Shown piece after piece: positions 18,299 to 26,692 of a DNA stretch of 64,000 bases. The DNA is taken from positions 186,001 to 250,000 of IMG/VR virus record IMGVR_UViG_3300017963_000190; one strand, given 5' to 3'. Each line of letters opens with the position of its first letter. Position 1 is the stretch's first letter. The notes below the pieces were generated by a model. It had not been told where the DNA came from. It worked only from the letters and a program-made list of their open reading frames with translations, and did no database searches. A program made the translations under genes and the position numbers.

Positions 18299-20521
18299 AT
18301 GCCCAAATATCTGTTCCATACGACCTCATTACCAGGGTTGCTCTCTATTATGGGCAGCCACTCTGTGCAATCAGAGGCGCCATTTGTATCTTTTTCTGAG
18401 ATACCTCATGTGGGCGACATCAGCCACAATGATGTCGTCATTGTCTTCAAGCACTCCAAACTAGCTCCGCAGCTCCTGCAGGTGGACTACACAGAAGACT
18501 GGTACAACAAGCATCCCGAACAGGCAGCCTACGTTGCTGGTGAGGGGTGGTTGGAGCAGTTCATCTATCCAGAAGAGTGCATCGACAAAGATGGGTTTGA
18601 GGACGAAGAGTGCATGGAGGAGGCGTACAAGGAGGGGGAGATTTCTTCCTTCCTATTTAAAAGCGATGAGCGTGAGTGGGTGTCTAAGGAAGAAGACCAT
18701 CCAGTAACCTTCGACCCAGAGGCGGTGGACCGGATCTTGGTGGTGGATGAACGTCAGGTGGACGCGGTGAAGGGCGCTCTGGAGGATGCCAACTTTGATC
18801 TTCCTGTGGATGTTCGGCAGGCGGGGGTACGCGTAGCATCGCCATCCCTTCCTTCTGGGGCAGGATTCCTCTTCACCGATGGTATTCGGATCCTACTCCT
18901 CAAACGCAGCATCGACAACGATGAAGCAGGCACGTGGGGTATTCCTGGCGGTGGTGTTTATAATGGCGAAACCCCACAGGATGGGGCCCTGCGTGAATGC
19001 ATGGAGGAGATTGGTTCCGTACCACCGCACAGGATTCTGGATTGGTTTGTCTTCCAGTGCGATGATCCGCACTTCGGTACCTTCGAGTACACCACTTTTC
19101 TTGCGCAGGTAGAGCCAGCTTTTGTGGAGGGGTTCCTACCTGTGCTGGATCATGAGAGCACAGGGTGGGGTTGGTACGATGAAGAGGGGGTCAAAGCGCT
19201 CACTCTGCACCCCGGCCTTGACACGTTATTTGAGCACACCACCCCATTTTTCCAGCATATTGACAACCGCACCGCGCAGACAGAAGAAGAGCTGCAGAAG
19301 CTGCCCATCGACGTGCTGGACCGCATGGCTTTTGGGGTAGTGGAGGGCGTCCAAGAACTTCCTGTAGGCGATATCAAGATCAAGTACGCTGACGACTACA
19401 ACAACGCTGTGGCAGAGATTGAAGAGGGCTTGTGGGAAGGGAACGAGTCAGCGCTGGAGGAGCCGGTAGAGGTTTCTTTGGAGCGGGGCATCTATTGGCT
19501 GGAAGACGGTCACCATCGCTATGTAATGGCTAGAGGGTTGGGACGCGATACCATTTTGGCTGATCTGTCCATCAAGGACAATCCCGTGAGAGCGCTCATG
19601 CGACGGAATGCTATCGAGGAATCTGTGCAGTTACCACGTACCATTCGTTACCAGGGAGCAACGTATCAGGCTGTCACCGCAGGCCTTAGCACCGTATTAT
19701 TGAACAGGGCTGTATCGGATGCTCAGAAGAAGCAGGAGCTGCGTCCGTACGTCGACCTGTTCATGAAGCAGTTAGGCCGAAAGGAATCCTACAAAAAGAA
19801 TGCGGATAAAATCCTGTCTGCAGTAGAGGCCCTTTTAATGGCACCCTTCGCTCCGGCTGCAGAGTCTTCGGTGCATAGCGTGAAGGAATCAGTCAAGGCT
19901 TATGATCATCTGCAAAACCAAGTGAATGCCCTAGAGGCGTCCATGGGGGACGATCCCCAAGAGGCGATCAGTAAGATACAGAAGCTATTCGACGACTTCT
20001 ACGCTGAGACGCTCCCCAAAGTCCCAGCTTGGCATAAGGCATTTGGCGAGACCGCCAAGGATTTACTTATCGAACCAGGACTGCTCCCAGCCTCCGCTCG
20101 GATGTTGTACTACCTGAAAAAGGCTTTAAAGGAAGCAGAGCGGCTCAAGCTCCTGAGTGATGAGGGAGAAGAGGTCGACAAAGATGAAGTCCGCGAAGCC
20201 TTGGATGAGATTCTGCGTGAGCCTGTTTGGGTGAAGGAAAAGCAGAAAGAAGAAGCTCGGCGTAAAAAAGAGCAAGCTCCAGCGAAAGTGCAGCAGGAGC
20301 TGGAGGGGTTGTTCCCAACAAAGGAGAAGGGAAAAGAGGCCCCGGTACCGCTAACGAAGCGGAAAGAGGAAGCACCCGTCCCGCTTGTTCGCCGTAAGAA
20401 AACTCCTCCTGAGCCAGTTCCTGCTAAACAGGAGCGCGTGCCCGAACCACAACCGGTAGCAGAGGGTGGTGGTTTCCTTAAGCTCGACCCAGCAATTGTT
20501 AGGAGGCTGGTTAATGTCTAG
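18299..20521 (+). CDS. Multidomain protein: NUDIX hydrolase + ParB/Srx-N-like domain + PxxIRxxGxxY motif
   Basis: WGIPGGG...GETPQDGALRECMEEIG Nudix box; LEDGHHR; PRTIRYQGATY. Confidence 0.8.
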   Translation: MPKYLFHTTSLPGLLSIMGSHSVQSEAPFVSFSEIPHVGDISHNDVVIVFKHSKLAPQLLQVDYTEDWYNKHPEQAAYVAGEGWLEQFIYPEECIDKDGFEDEECMEEAYKEGEISSFLFKSDEREWVSKEEDHPVTFDPEAVDRILVVDERQVDAVKGALEDANFDLPVDVRQAGVRVASPSLPSGAGFLFTDGIRILLLKRSIDNDEAGTWGIPGGGVYNGETPQDGALRECMEEIGSVPPHRILDWFVFQCDDPHFGTFEYTTFLAQVEPAFVEGFLPVLDHESTGWGWYDEEGVKALTLHPGLDTLFEHTTPFFQHIDNRTAQTEEELQKLPIDVLDRMAFGVVEGVQELPVGDIKIKYADDYNNAVAEIEEGLWEGNESALEEPVEVSLERGIYWLEDGHHRYVMARGLGRDTILADLSIKDNPVRALMRRNAIEESVQLPRTIRYQGATYQAVTAGLSTVLLNRAVSDAQKKQELRPYVDLFMKQLGRKESYKKNADKILSAVEALLMAPFAPAAESSVHSVKESVKAYDHLQNQVNALEASMGDDPQEAISKIQKLFDDFYAETLPKVPAWHKAFGETAKDLLIEPGLLPASARMLYYLKKALKEAERLKLLSDEGEEVDKDEVREALDEILREPVWVKEKQKEEARRKKEQAPAKVQQELEGLFPTKEKGKEAPVPLTKRKEEAPVPLVRRKKTPPEPVPAKQERVPEPQPVAEGGGFLKLDPAIVRRLVNV

Positions 20522-20972
20522 CCCCAAGAAAATACGATTCCGCGGCGCCATTTATGAGGCAGTTGAACTTCCCCTCGATCTCCTTCATGCTGAACTTGTT
20601 GAGGCAGCTGGTGCCGCTCCGAGAAGCAAAGAGGAATGGCAGGAATTTGCCAGCGACGTCTTCGATTTCTACAAGAATCAGCTAAGCGAAATGGGCGCCC
20701 TACGCGAGCTGGAAGATGGTATGGGTTCCTTGCGCGAGCTTCTTGCTTCTGCAAAGAAAGATTTCCGAAAAGCAAAGCACAGCAAGAACGTTCTGGACAT
20801 CTTGCAGGCGCTTGTATCCGCGCGCTACCTAGCTGGAACAACTTCACAGTCATCGAGTTTGGTTAAAGGACTAAAGTCCATAAAGAAATGGGCCAAGCAG
20901 CACGAGAAGCTCAAGAAGAAGATGGAGAAGATGCGTCAGCCCAAGCAGAAAATCAAGAAGTGGTTCAAGTAG
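20514..20972 (+). CDS. Protein with N-terminal PxxIRxxGxxY motif
   Basis: AGGAGG RBS; PKKIRFRGAIY. Confidence 0.7.
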   Translation: MSSPKKIRFRGAIYEAVELPLDLLHAELVEAAGAAPRSKEEWQEFASDVFDFYKNQLSEMGALRELEDGMGSLRELLASAKKDFRKAKHSKNVLDILQALVSARYLAGTTSQSSSLVKGLKSIKKWAKQHEKLKKKMEKMRQPKQKIKKWFK

Positions 20973-20980
20973 GTGCCGCG

Positions 20981-21610
20981 ATGTCGATGAAGAACCCCAC
21001 GAAACTGCGCTATATGGGTGCTACCTACGTGCGAGCGGATGCTTTGGACGTAGGGGAGCTGAGCTCGAAAATAGAAGAGACCAAGGATTATGGTGTGGGG
21101 GAGTCAACAATTTATCCTCCACCCGCTGCAGGTAAGAAAGAGCAGGACCGCATAGCAGCCGCGCTGGATAAGTACCCAGACATCACCAAGATGACAAACC
21201 CGGTGGTGCAGCGTATGCGCCAAGAGCTCTCGGACATGCAGCGCCTGGCTGCTGAGTCCGCGTCAATTTTGACGAAGCTGTCACGGTTTATAGCTACAGC
21301 AGAGGCCGAAGATGTGGACATGCCAAAGAATCCAGAGGAGTCCCCTTTTCGGACATTTGCTGCCTTCCCAGGGGTCATCGATGCTGTCACCTTGGGTGGG
21401 GAGCTCCCCGAATACCTGAGCGAGCTTGGGTTTGACATCAACACCCTAGCGTCCAAATCCAAGGCGCTACGTGAGCTCGGGCAGAAGGTGGCCGTAGACG
21501 CCCAGAACGCGATCACCGGCGCACTGAAGGAAACAAAGGAACCCAAAGACAAAGAGGAGACGGGTGGCCCAGAGCGCACACTTGAGATGCCGGAACCAGC
21601 AGCTGCTTGA
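20981..21610 (+). CDS. Protein with N-terminal PxxIRxxGxxY motif
   Basis: PTKLRYMGATY. Confidence 0.7.
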   Translation: MSMKNPTKLRYMGATYVRADALDVGELSSKIEETKDYGVGESTIYPPPAAGKKEQDRIAAALDKYPDITKMTNPVVQRMRQELSDMQRLAAESASILTKLSRFIATAEAEDVDMPKNPEESPFRTFAAFPGVIDAVTLGGELPEYLSELGFDINTLASKSKALRELGQKVAVDAQNAITGALKETKEPKDKEETGGPERTLEMPEPAAA

Positions 21611-21639
21611 CATTTGGCTGCTGTGATGTACAAATACTC

Positions 21640-21863
21640 CCCGAGGTTAGAAACCATGCACGAGACACGCGAACATAAGTGGATGCCGTTGGAGGCCCAA
21701 GGAGCCTCAACGCCCTCGTGTCTCCCAGGGATTGAGGTCTCCATGACCGCGAATCTGTTCAGTGGTTATGCACTCGATCCCAAAGAGCCTGGCGGCTAAC
21801 CTTGTAACCCGAGAGGATCACACGAGAAAGGCCGCCCGGCAACGAAGCTAGGCGGCCTTTTTT
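21640..21863 (+). ncRNA. Candidate structured small RNA
   Basis: TTGACA at 21607; closing stem 21642-21650/21796-21804; internal hairpins; terminator at the end. Confidence 0.45.
21827..21863 (+). terminator. Rho-independent terminator
   Basis: aaaggccgcc/ggcggccttt stem followed by a T tract. Confidence 0.85.
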
Positions 21864-22020
21864 ATTGCGCGAGCTCCCATAGACCGTAGGGACACAGGTT
21901 GGAGTTGGAGTAGCAGGTCCTACGGTTTGGGGTGAGACTAGACCCAGTTTCGGATCTCATCTGATTCTGCGGCTTTTCAATAGCAAGCTCCCGCATGCCA
22001 TCGTGGGGCCGCTCCTTTCA

Positions 22021-22040
22021 GTCTTTGACAACTGAATAGC
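22021..22040 (+). promoter_or_regulatory. rrn-type boxA-like element
   Basis: GTCTTTGACAACTGAATAGC resembles the TCTTTGAAAACTGAA leader boxA. Confidence 0.5.
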
Positions 22041-22059
22041 AAACGATGAAAACGCCTCC

Positions 22060-22116
22060 CAGGTGGGGGAGGGCAGACGTAGTCCGCGTCAATTATTACA
22101 CGTCCTCCCCCACCTG
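22060..22116. repeat. 13-bp perfect inverted repeat
   Basis: caggtgggggagg / cctcccccacctg. Confidence 0.8.
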
Positions 22117-22122
22117 ATATTT

Positions 22123-22443
22123 TTACTTGTAGAGTCCTTGCCTGCGGAGATCGTTGGCGAAGTAAGTGACAAGAGTTTGGAAGTGTCTGTAGTTGGCTTC
22201 AAGCTCGGAATTGTTTTCTTTTGAGCTCAAAGCTTCGCGGGCCACATCCGCCGCGATCTGAAAGAGATCGAAGAGCCTGATAAGCGGGGACTGGTCTATT
22301 TCTTCCTGCGGCACGTACTCAAGCAGGTCTTCTACTGCATCCTGCATGCGTTCCACACCAGCGGCCATCTGGTCTCTATCAGACGCACACCTGTACAGGT
22401 GGCCTTGCACCCTGATGAACTTAGGTGGTTGTTTCTTCTTCAT
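22123..22443 (-). CDS. Protein with N-terminal PxxIRxxGxxY motif
   Basis: PPKFIRVQGHLY. Confidence 0.7.
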   Translation of the reverse strand: MKKKQPPKFIRVQGHLYRCASDRDQMAAGVERMQDAVEDLLEYVPQEEIDQSPLIRLFDLFQIAADVAREALSSKENNSELEANYRHFQTLVTYFANDLRRQGLYK

Positions 22444-22457
22444 CACGCGCACCTTTT

Positions 22458-22799
22458 CTATTCTGGGCCGCCGGGCTGCGGAATGTATTCATGGAGAGGG
22501 TATAGACGGTCGAGGAGAGCTATCCAGCCAGTACGCTCGGTACCATATTGGACGCCATAGTAAATCTTGTCGAGCATCTCTACAAAATCCCTGAAGCGCT
22601 TTTTGTCTTCAGGTTTCTCGTAACCATACTCTTCGAGCAGCTTCACTATTTCCTGTAGAGCAGTGTGGGCTTCTGTGAGATGCTTCTCGAAGCGCTCGCG
22701 CGGCTCATAAACCGCTTTTTGGAACGCTTTTGTTTTCTCATCGTACTGAGCTTGTACGTATATGCGACCGCTGAAGCGGATCTTTTTTGGTGCGCCCAT
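22458..22799 (-). CDS. Protein with N-terminal PxxIRxxGxxY motif
   Basis: PKKIRFSGRIY. Confidence 0.7.
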   Translation of the reverse strand: MGAPKKIRFSGRIYVQAQYDEKTKAFQKAVYEPRERFEKHLTEAHTALQEIVKLLEEYGYEKPEDKKRFRDFVEMLDKIYYGVQYGTERTGWIALLDRLYPLHEYIPQPGGPE

Positions 22800-22820
22800 G
22801 TTATATACTCCGGTTTCTTA

Positions 22821-22905
22821 GGTAGCGTACCCAAGCGGCTTACGGGGCCCGCCTGCTAAGCGGGTGCACGGAAACGTGCCGTGGGTTCGAATCCCACCGC
22901 TACCT
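22821..22905 (+). tRNA. tRNA-Ser(GCT)
   Basis: Cloverleaf with variable arm; cccgc-ct-GCT-aa-gcggg. Confidence 0.9.
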
Positions 22906-23397
22906 CTACTTTGCAGCTTTAAGCATGCGATCTGCCATACCGTCAAAAGCCTTCGCCACACCCATAGCGTTCGCGTAGTCCTTCTCCAATCCAAGTCGCT
23001 TTAGGAATGGAGCAAGGGCTCTGATGTCCATAGCGATGTCTGCAGCAGCCTGCATCGCCTGCTCAGCATTCATCTGTGCTTTTTTGTACACCTTTCCGGC
23101 GATACGTACTTCATCAGAATCGTCCAGGCGCTTGTACAGAACGCCTCCCACCTTGATCTGCTTCGGAGGAGCTTCTGGCTGCACGAGCTTGTACAAGTGA
23201 CCACCCATCTTGATCTTCTTCGGAGGAGGCGTGGATGCCTTAGTTTCTTTTCCCTTGGTGGATAGAGCATCCATAGTCTTCTCGACGGTGCCCTCTGGAT
23301 CTTTGGCGGTTTCAGGATCGTCCTTCTTTTGCTTGGCTTCCCACTCTTTGACTTCTTTGCCCACTTCAGATTTCTTGTTGTCTTTTTCCTTTGCCAT
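22906..23397 (-). CDS. Protein with three tandem PxxIRxxGxxY-type motifs
   Basis: PKKIKMGGHLY, PKQIKVGGVLY, EVRIAGKVY. Confidence 0.7.
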   Translation of the reverse strand: MAKEKDNKKSEVGKEVKEWEAKQKKDDPETAKDPEGTVEKTMDALSTKGKETKASTPPPKKIKMGGHLYKLVQPEAPPKQIKVGGVLYKRLDDSDEVRIAGKVYKKAQMNAEQAMQAAADIAMDIRALAPFLKRLGLEKDYANAMGVAKAFDGMADRMLKAAK

Positions 23398-23429
23398 GAG
23401 GTGCCTCGAATATTAGTTGTGGGTGAGAA

Positions 23430-23906
23430 CTACTCACCAGGGGTTTCTTCGGTCTCGCAGAGGGATTTCAAGCTGTCCGCGAGTGTGCAGATTTGGTCGA
23501 CTGTGATTCCAGCGCCGCCCAAAACCATTTTGATTACTTCAGCAGCGTCGGGAGGTATATCGGTGGCAGCGAACTTTTCTTTCCACAGCTGCGGGTAGTC
23601 CACGCCAAACCGTGCGGCAAGCTCCTCCGCTTTTGCCCGCGTGTCTTTTAGAGGATCGCCGATAATCCCAGGCATTGGGGTTGTCTTGCTAGGCAGCGCG
23701 GACTTAGCCCTGTACACCCATTGAAGGTTTGCGTAGTCCTCTTTCTCCAGCTGCCCGTCGTCTCTTTTTCTTTCCATCGCACGGGCCAGGTTGTGCAATA
23801 GGACACCAAGCACACGCTTTTCGAGGTCGAATCTGCTAGGTTCTTGTGGATCCGCCTGTACATACAGCTGGCCTTTGTAGCGAATACGAGAAGGTGGTTT
23901 GGTCAT
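23430..23906 (-). CDS. Protein with N-terminal PxxIRxxGxxY motif
   Basis: PSRIRYKGQLY; start reassigned to ATG at 23906. Confidence 0.7.
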   Translation of the reverse strand: MTKPPSRIRYKGQLYVQADPQEPSRFDLEKRVLGVLLHNLARAMERKRDDGQLEKEDYANLQWVYRAKSALPSKTTPMPGIIGDPLKDTRAKAEELAARFGVDYPQLWKEKFAATDIPPDAAEVIKMVLGGAGITVDQICTLADSLKSLCETEETPGE

Positions 23907-23968
23907 ACTGATCCCTCTTACACAGCTTTTGGGGGTTGCATAGGATTCAGTAATAGATAACTTGTTTC

Positions 23969-24054
23969 GGTGAGTTGGCCGAGATGGTTTAAGGCGGTGC
24001 ACTCGAACTGCACTGTACCGAAAGGTACCAAGGGTTCGAATCCCTTACTCACCT
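23969..24054 (+). tRNA. tRNA-Ser(CGA)
   Basis: Cloverleaf; gtgca-ct-CGA-ac-tgcac. Confidence 0.9.
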
Positions 24055-24134
24055 TACCGGATAAGCGACGGCCGGTAGGCTTGGCCAGCCAAATCACCTA
24101 ACTGGGTCACAGAGATCTTTTGGTGGTACGTCGC
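24055..24134 (+). ncRNA. tRNA-abutting pseudoknot motif, copy 1
   Basis: taccgg/ccggta and gcgacg/cgtcgc pairings; duplicated at 24231. Confidence 0.55.
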
Positions 24135-24142
24135 GCAAATCT

Positions 24143-24230
24143 GGCGGGGTGTCCGAGTGGTTGAAGGAGCCGGGCTGTAAACTCGGTGCCGCAGTGCTAA
24201 ACATCGTAGGTTCGAATCCTACCCCCGTCA
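24143..24230 (+). tRNA. tRNA-Tyr(GTA)
   Basis: Cloverleaf with variable arm; ct-GTA-aa loop. Confidence 0.9.
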
Positions 24231-24299
24231 TACCGGACAGCGACGGCCGGGAGGCCCTTTACGCCAAACCACCTACCTAGGCTATGGGTGGTACGTCGT
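24231..24299 (+). ncRNA. tRNA-abutting pseudoknot motif, copy 2
   Basis: Same conserved blocks as copy 1 with different loops. Confidence 0.55.
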
Positions 24300-24389
24300 G
24301 CGCCATGGTAGCGTCGCTCCATAGACGTGACGGCGCGTGGTCGGCAGAGAGTAGAGGATCGCAACCTCGATTTCTGTCCGATCACGAAC

Positions 24390-24462
24390 GGAGCGATAGT
24401 ACAAATGGCAAGTGCACCGGGTCGTAACCCCGCAAATCTAGGTTCGAATCCTAGTCGCTCCA
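24390..24462 (+). tRNA. Atypical tRNA (anticodon ambiguous: Thr-CGT or GTA)
   Basis: Good acceptor, D and T arms; anticodon loop tcgtaac off-register. Confidence 0.6.
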
Positions 24463-24492
24463 TTTCCTACGCAGTCTTGTAAAATACAGGGG

Positions 24493-25539
24493 ATGCCTAT
24501 TTACGCTGGAATAGGGAGCAGGAATCCGTCTAGCAGTGTTTCTGCTTTGGCCCGAAAAGTAGCCCGATACCTCGCTGTTAGCGGGCATACCCTACGAACA
24601 GGCGCCGCAAAAGGAATCGACCAGATCATGGCCGAGGCAGCCTTGGAGGTAGGCGGCCCCGTAGATCTCTGCCTTCCATGGGATACTTTTTCGAGAGATT
24701 GGGTGCGGCGCATACGTGATCGGTTTGGATCGCTGGTCCAGCTGGAACCGTTGCTTAGTAGCGATGAAGAAGCATTCCACTCGGTACAAGCATTCCACCC
24801 AAATCCCGACGCACTGAAACGCAACGGTCTTCGGTTGCACGCCAGGAATTACCGAATTCTACATCCAATCGGAGGAGGGCTTGTACGTTGCGTGGTAGCC
24901 GCACCTCGGAATAATAGTGGCGGTACCATGCAAGGCGTACGGATCGCCGAGACATTGCAGGTACCTGTTGTGCGGTTGGACCTAGTCCCAGCTATGGACG
25001 TCAAACGTTGGTTGGACAAACGCCTTGGAATGAAGAAGCCAAAAGGTGCAACTCTGCTACAGGCACAGCGCCATGTGCAAGAAGCACTAAAACCTGGCGC
25101 CGGGGCAATTGATTGTCCCTGCTGTAAACAGCGGGTCCAGCTCTACAGGCGGCGCTTAAACAGCGAGATGGCGCGCTGGCTGATCCTTCTATCCAGGGTG
25201 TTCCTGTCTAATGGGCGTAGGTGGGTAAGCGTTAAGGATTCACCTCTTAAAGAGACCCGCGGAGGGGACTACGCCAAGCTGCAGCACTGGGGTTTAATCG
25301 AGCAGCGCCCAAACACTGATGAGAAGAAACGTACCTCAGGGTATTGGCGCCCAACTACAAAAGGGGTCAATTTCGCGAAGAACCGTACCAGGGTTCCTTC
25401 TCATATCTACATCTTCAACAACACAGTTTACGGGCAATCAGAAGAAACCGTTTCCATAGTAGACGCGCTAGGCGTGAAGTTCGACTACCGGGATGTAGTG
25501 CGCACAGCATTGAAGAGTAATACAAAGGAAAAGAAATGA
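24493..25539 (+). CDS. SLOG/DprA-SMF-like domain fused to a Zn-ribbon/winged-helix-like domain
   Basis: YAGIGSR, LRTGAAKGID, HARN, SGGT; CPCC. Confidence 0.7.
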   Translation: MPIYAGIGSRNPSSSVSALARKVARYLAVSGHTLRTGAAKGIDQIMAEAALEVGGPVDLCLPWDTFSRDWVRRIRDRFGSLVQLEPLLSSDEEAFHSVQAFHPNPDALKRNGLRLHARNYRILHPIGGGLVRCVVAAPRNNSGGTMQGVRIAETLQVPVVRLDLVPAMDVKRWLDKRLGMKKPKGATLLQAQRHVQEALKPGAGAIDCPCCKQRVQLYRRRLNSEMARWLILLSRVFLSNGRRWVSVKDSPLKETRGGDYAKLQHWGLIEQRPNTDEKKRTSGYWRPTTKGVNFAKNRTRVPSHIYIFNNTVYGQSEETVSIVDALGVKFDYRDVVRTALKSNTKEKK

Positions 25540-25742
25540 ACATTCAGGAGCGGGTTTGGCCTCCACAGGAATTGGAAATCGGTCCGATCGAGACTAGTTG
25601 GTGGACCTCTTTTACTTCCTACGAGAAGGAAGACGCTGTACCTACTACAGGTATAACGTTATCCTTTCCTAAAGGGTGGAAACCTGCTTTGCAGCTCTAT
25701 TTCTGGAGATGGTCCGTTCAGTTAGGCTGGTTTATTGAGTGA
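25536..25742 (+). CDS. Small Trp-rich hypothetical protein
   Basis: ATGA overlap with the upstream gene. Confidence 0.5.
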   Translation: MNIQERVWPPQELEIGPIETSWWTSFTSYEKEDAVPTTGITLSFPKGWKPALQLYFWRWSVQLGWFIE

Positions 25743-25780
25743 GGCAGGTTGTCCGAGAGGTTTAAGGTGGTGGCCTTGAA
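25743..25780 (+). pseudogene. 5' half of interrupted tRNA-Ser(TGA)
   Basis: Acceptor strand ggcaggt, D arm, gtggc-cttgaa; pairs with the half at 26693-26742. Confidence 0.85.
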
Positions 25781-25833
25781 CAACTGGTTTGTAGTTATGT
25801 TCTAATAACAAAATTATATACCAGGAGTTCAGC

Positions 25834-26616
25834 ATGGACGCAAAAAGCAAGGCTGAGTGGCTACGGAAGCACAGATACTGGTCATACAAAGAAATCTCTG
25901 TCCACCTTGGAGTTCCTAAGTCTACTGTTTGTTACTGGCTACGCGACATTCAGCTTACGGCGGTGGAGCAGGCAGAGATTGGCGCTAGAACTAAGGAGCT
26001 AGTTAAGCATGCTGCGATTGCATCAAACAAGCGCAGAAAGGGAGAGAAAAGGCGTTACGCGCGCAGACGTTCTAGTGCTACTCGTGGGCCCAGCCACGCA
26101 GAGCGTGCTAGGGAGAACAGGCAGCATTTATTGACCAAAAGTAGGGAGCGTGTAAAGTTGCATGGATTACAGATGACCCAAGATTCCTTGGCTTTAGTAG
26201 GAGCTGCTATTTACTGGGCTGAGGGGGAGAAAATCGGCAGTATGGCTTTATCCAACTCCGACCCTGCGCTCCTACAGTTGTATGTTCGTTGGTTGACTAC
26301 TATTTTACGTGTTGATCCAAGAAGGTTATCTTTTAGGGTGTCCGCTCACTTAGATTGCTCCTTTTCTCACAGTGAGCTGGAAGAATACTGGCGTACTGTA
26401 CTGTCTATGCCTAAGGCTGTATTTGAGAAGCCGTATTCGATTCCTATTAAAAATAAGAAGAGGAGAAAAAAGTTGAAGCATGGAATGCTTCGTGTGCGCG
26501 TTTCGCGCCCATTGCGTAGTCTTGCTAAGTATTACTCGGTAGCTGAGATCCTTGGTGTGGACGCCGAGTCCTTGTTTGTAAACCGTGTATCACCATTACA
26601 CGTTTTGGAGGAGTGA
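25834..26616 (+). CDS. HTH + LAGLIDADG-like homing endonuclease
   Basis: SYKEISVHLGVPKSTVCYW HTH; AAIYWAEG and LSNSDP motifs. Confidence 0.7.
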   Translation: MDAKSKAEWLRKHRYWSYKEISVHLGVPKSTVCYWLRDIQLTAVEQAEIGARTKELVKHAAIASNKRRKGEKRRYARRRSSATRGPSHAERARENRQHLLTKSRERVKLHGLQMTQDSLALVGAAIYWAEGEKIGSMALSNSDPALLQLYVRWLTTILRVDPRRLSFRVSAHLDCSFSHSELEEYWRTVLSMPKAVFEKPYSIPIKNKKRRKKLKHGMLRVRVSRPLRSLAKYYSVAEILGVDAESLFVNRVSPLHVLEE

Positions 26617-26691
26617 CCGAATTGGCGAAAGTGCTTGGCTTGAAACCAAGTGTACCGAAAGGTACTGGGGGTTCGAATCCCTCCTCCTCCG
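26607..26691 (+). tRNA. tRNA-Ser(TGA), intact, nested in the cassette
   Basis: Cloverleaf; cttgg-ct-TGA-aa-ccaag. Confidence 0.9.
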
Positions 26692-26692
26692 T

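Noticed and set aside
414-21744. Many long minus-strand ORFs in the ORF track (e.g. 414-1121, 4425-5072, 15022-15654, 21112-21744)
   Set aside because: Antisense shadows of well-supported plus-strand genes, with no motifs or RBS
22039-22056. GCAAACGATGAAAAC reads ANDEN, like a tmRNA tag start
   Set aside because: No ALAA-type tag end or nearby stop, and no tmRNA acceptor or T-arm ends around it
24055-24299. Guanidine-III riboswitch or HDV-like theta ribozyme assignment for the duplicated motif
   Set aside because: Only the pseudoknot topology or the location is similar; conserved core nucleotides and P3 are missing, so it is left unassigned
26607-26691. Opal suppressor tRNA or genetic recoding
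   Set aside because: Anticodon TGA reads UCA (Ser); TAG, TGA and TAA all end genes normally in this window
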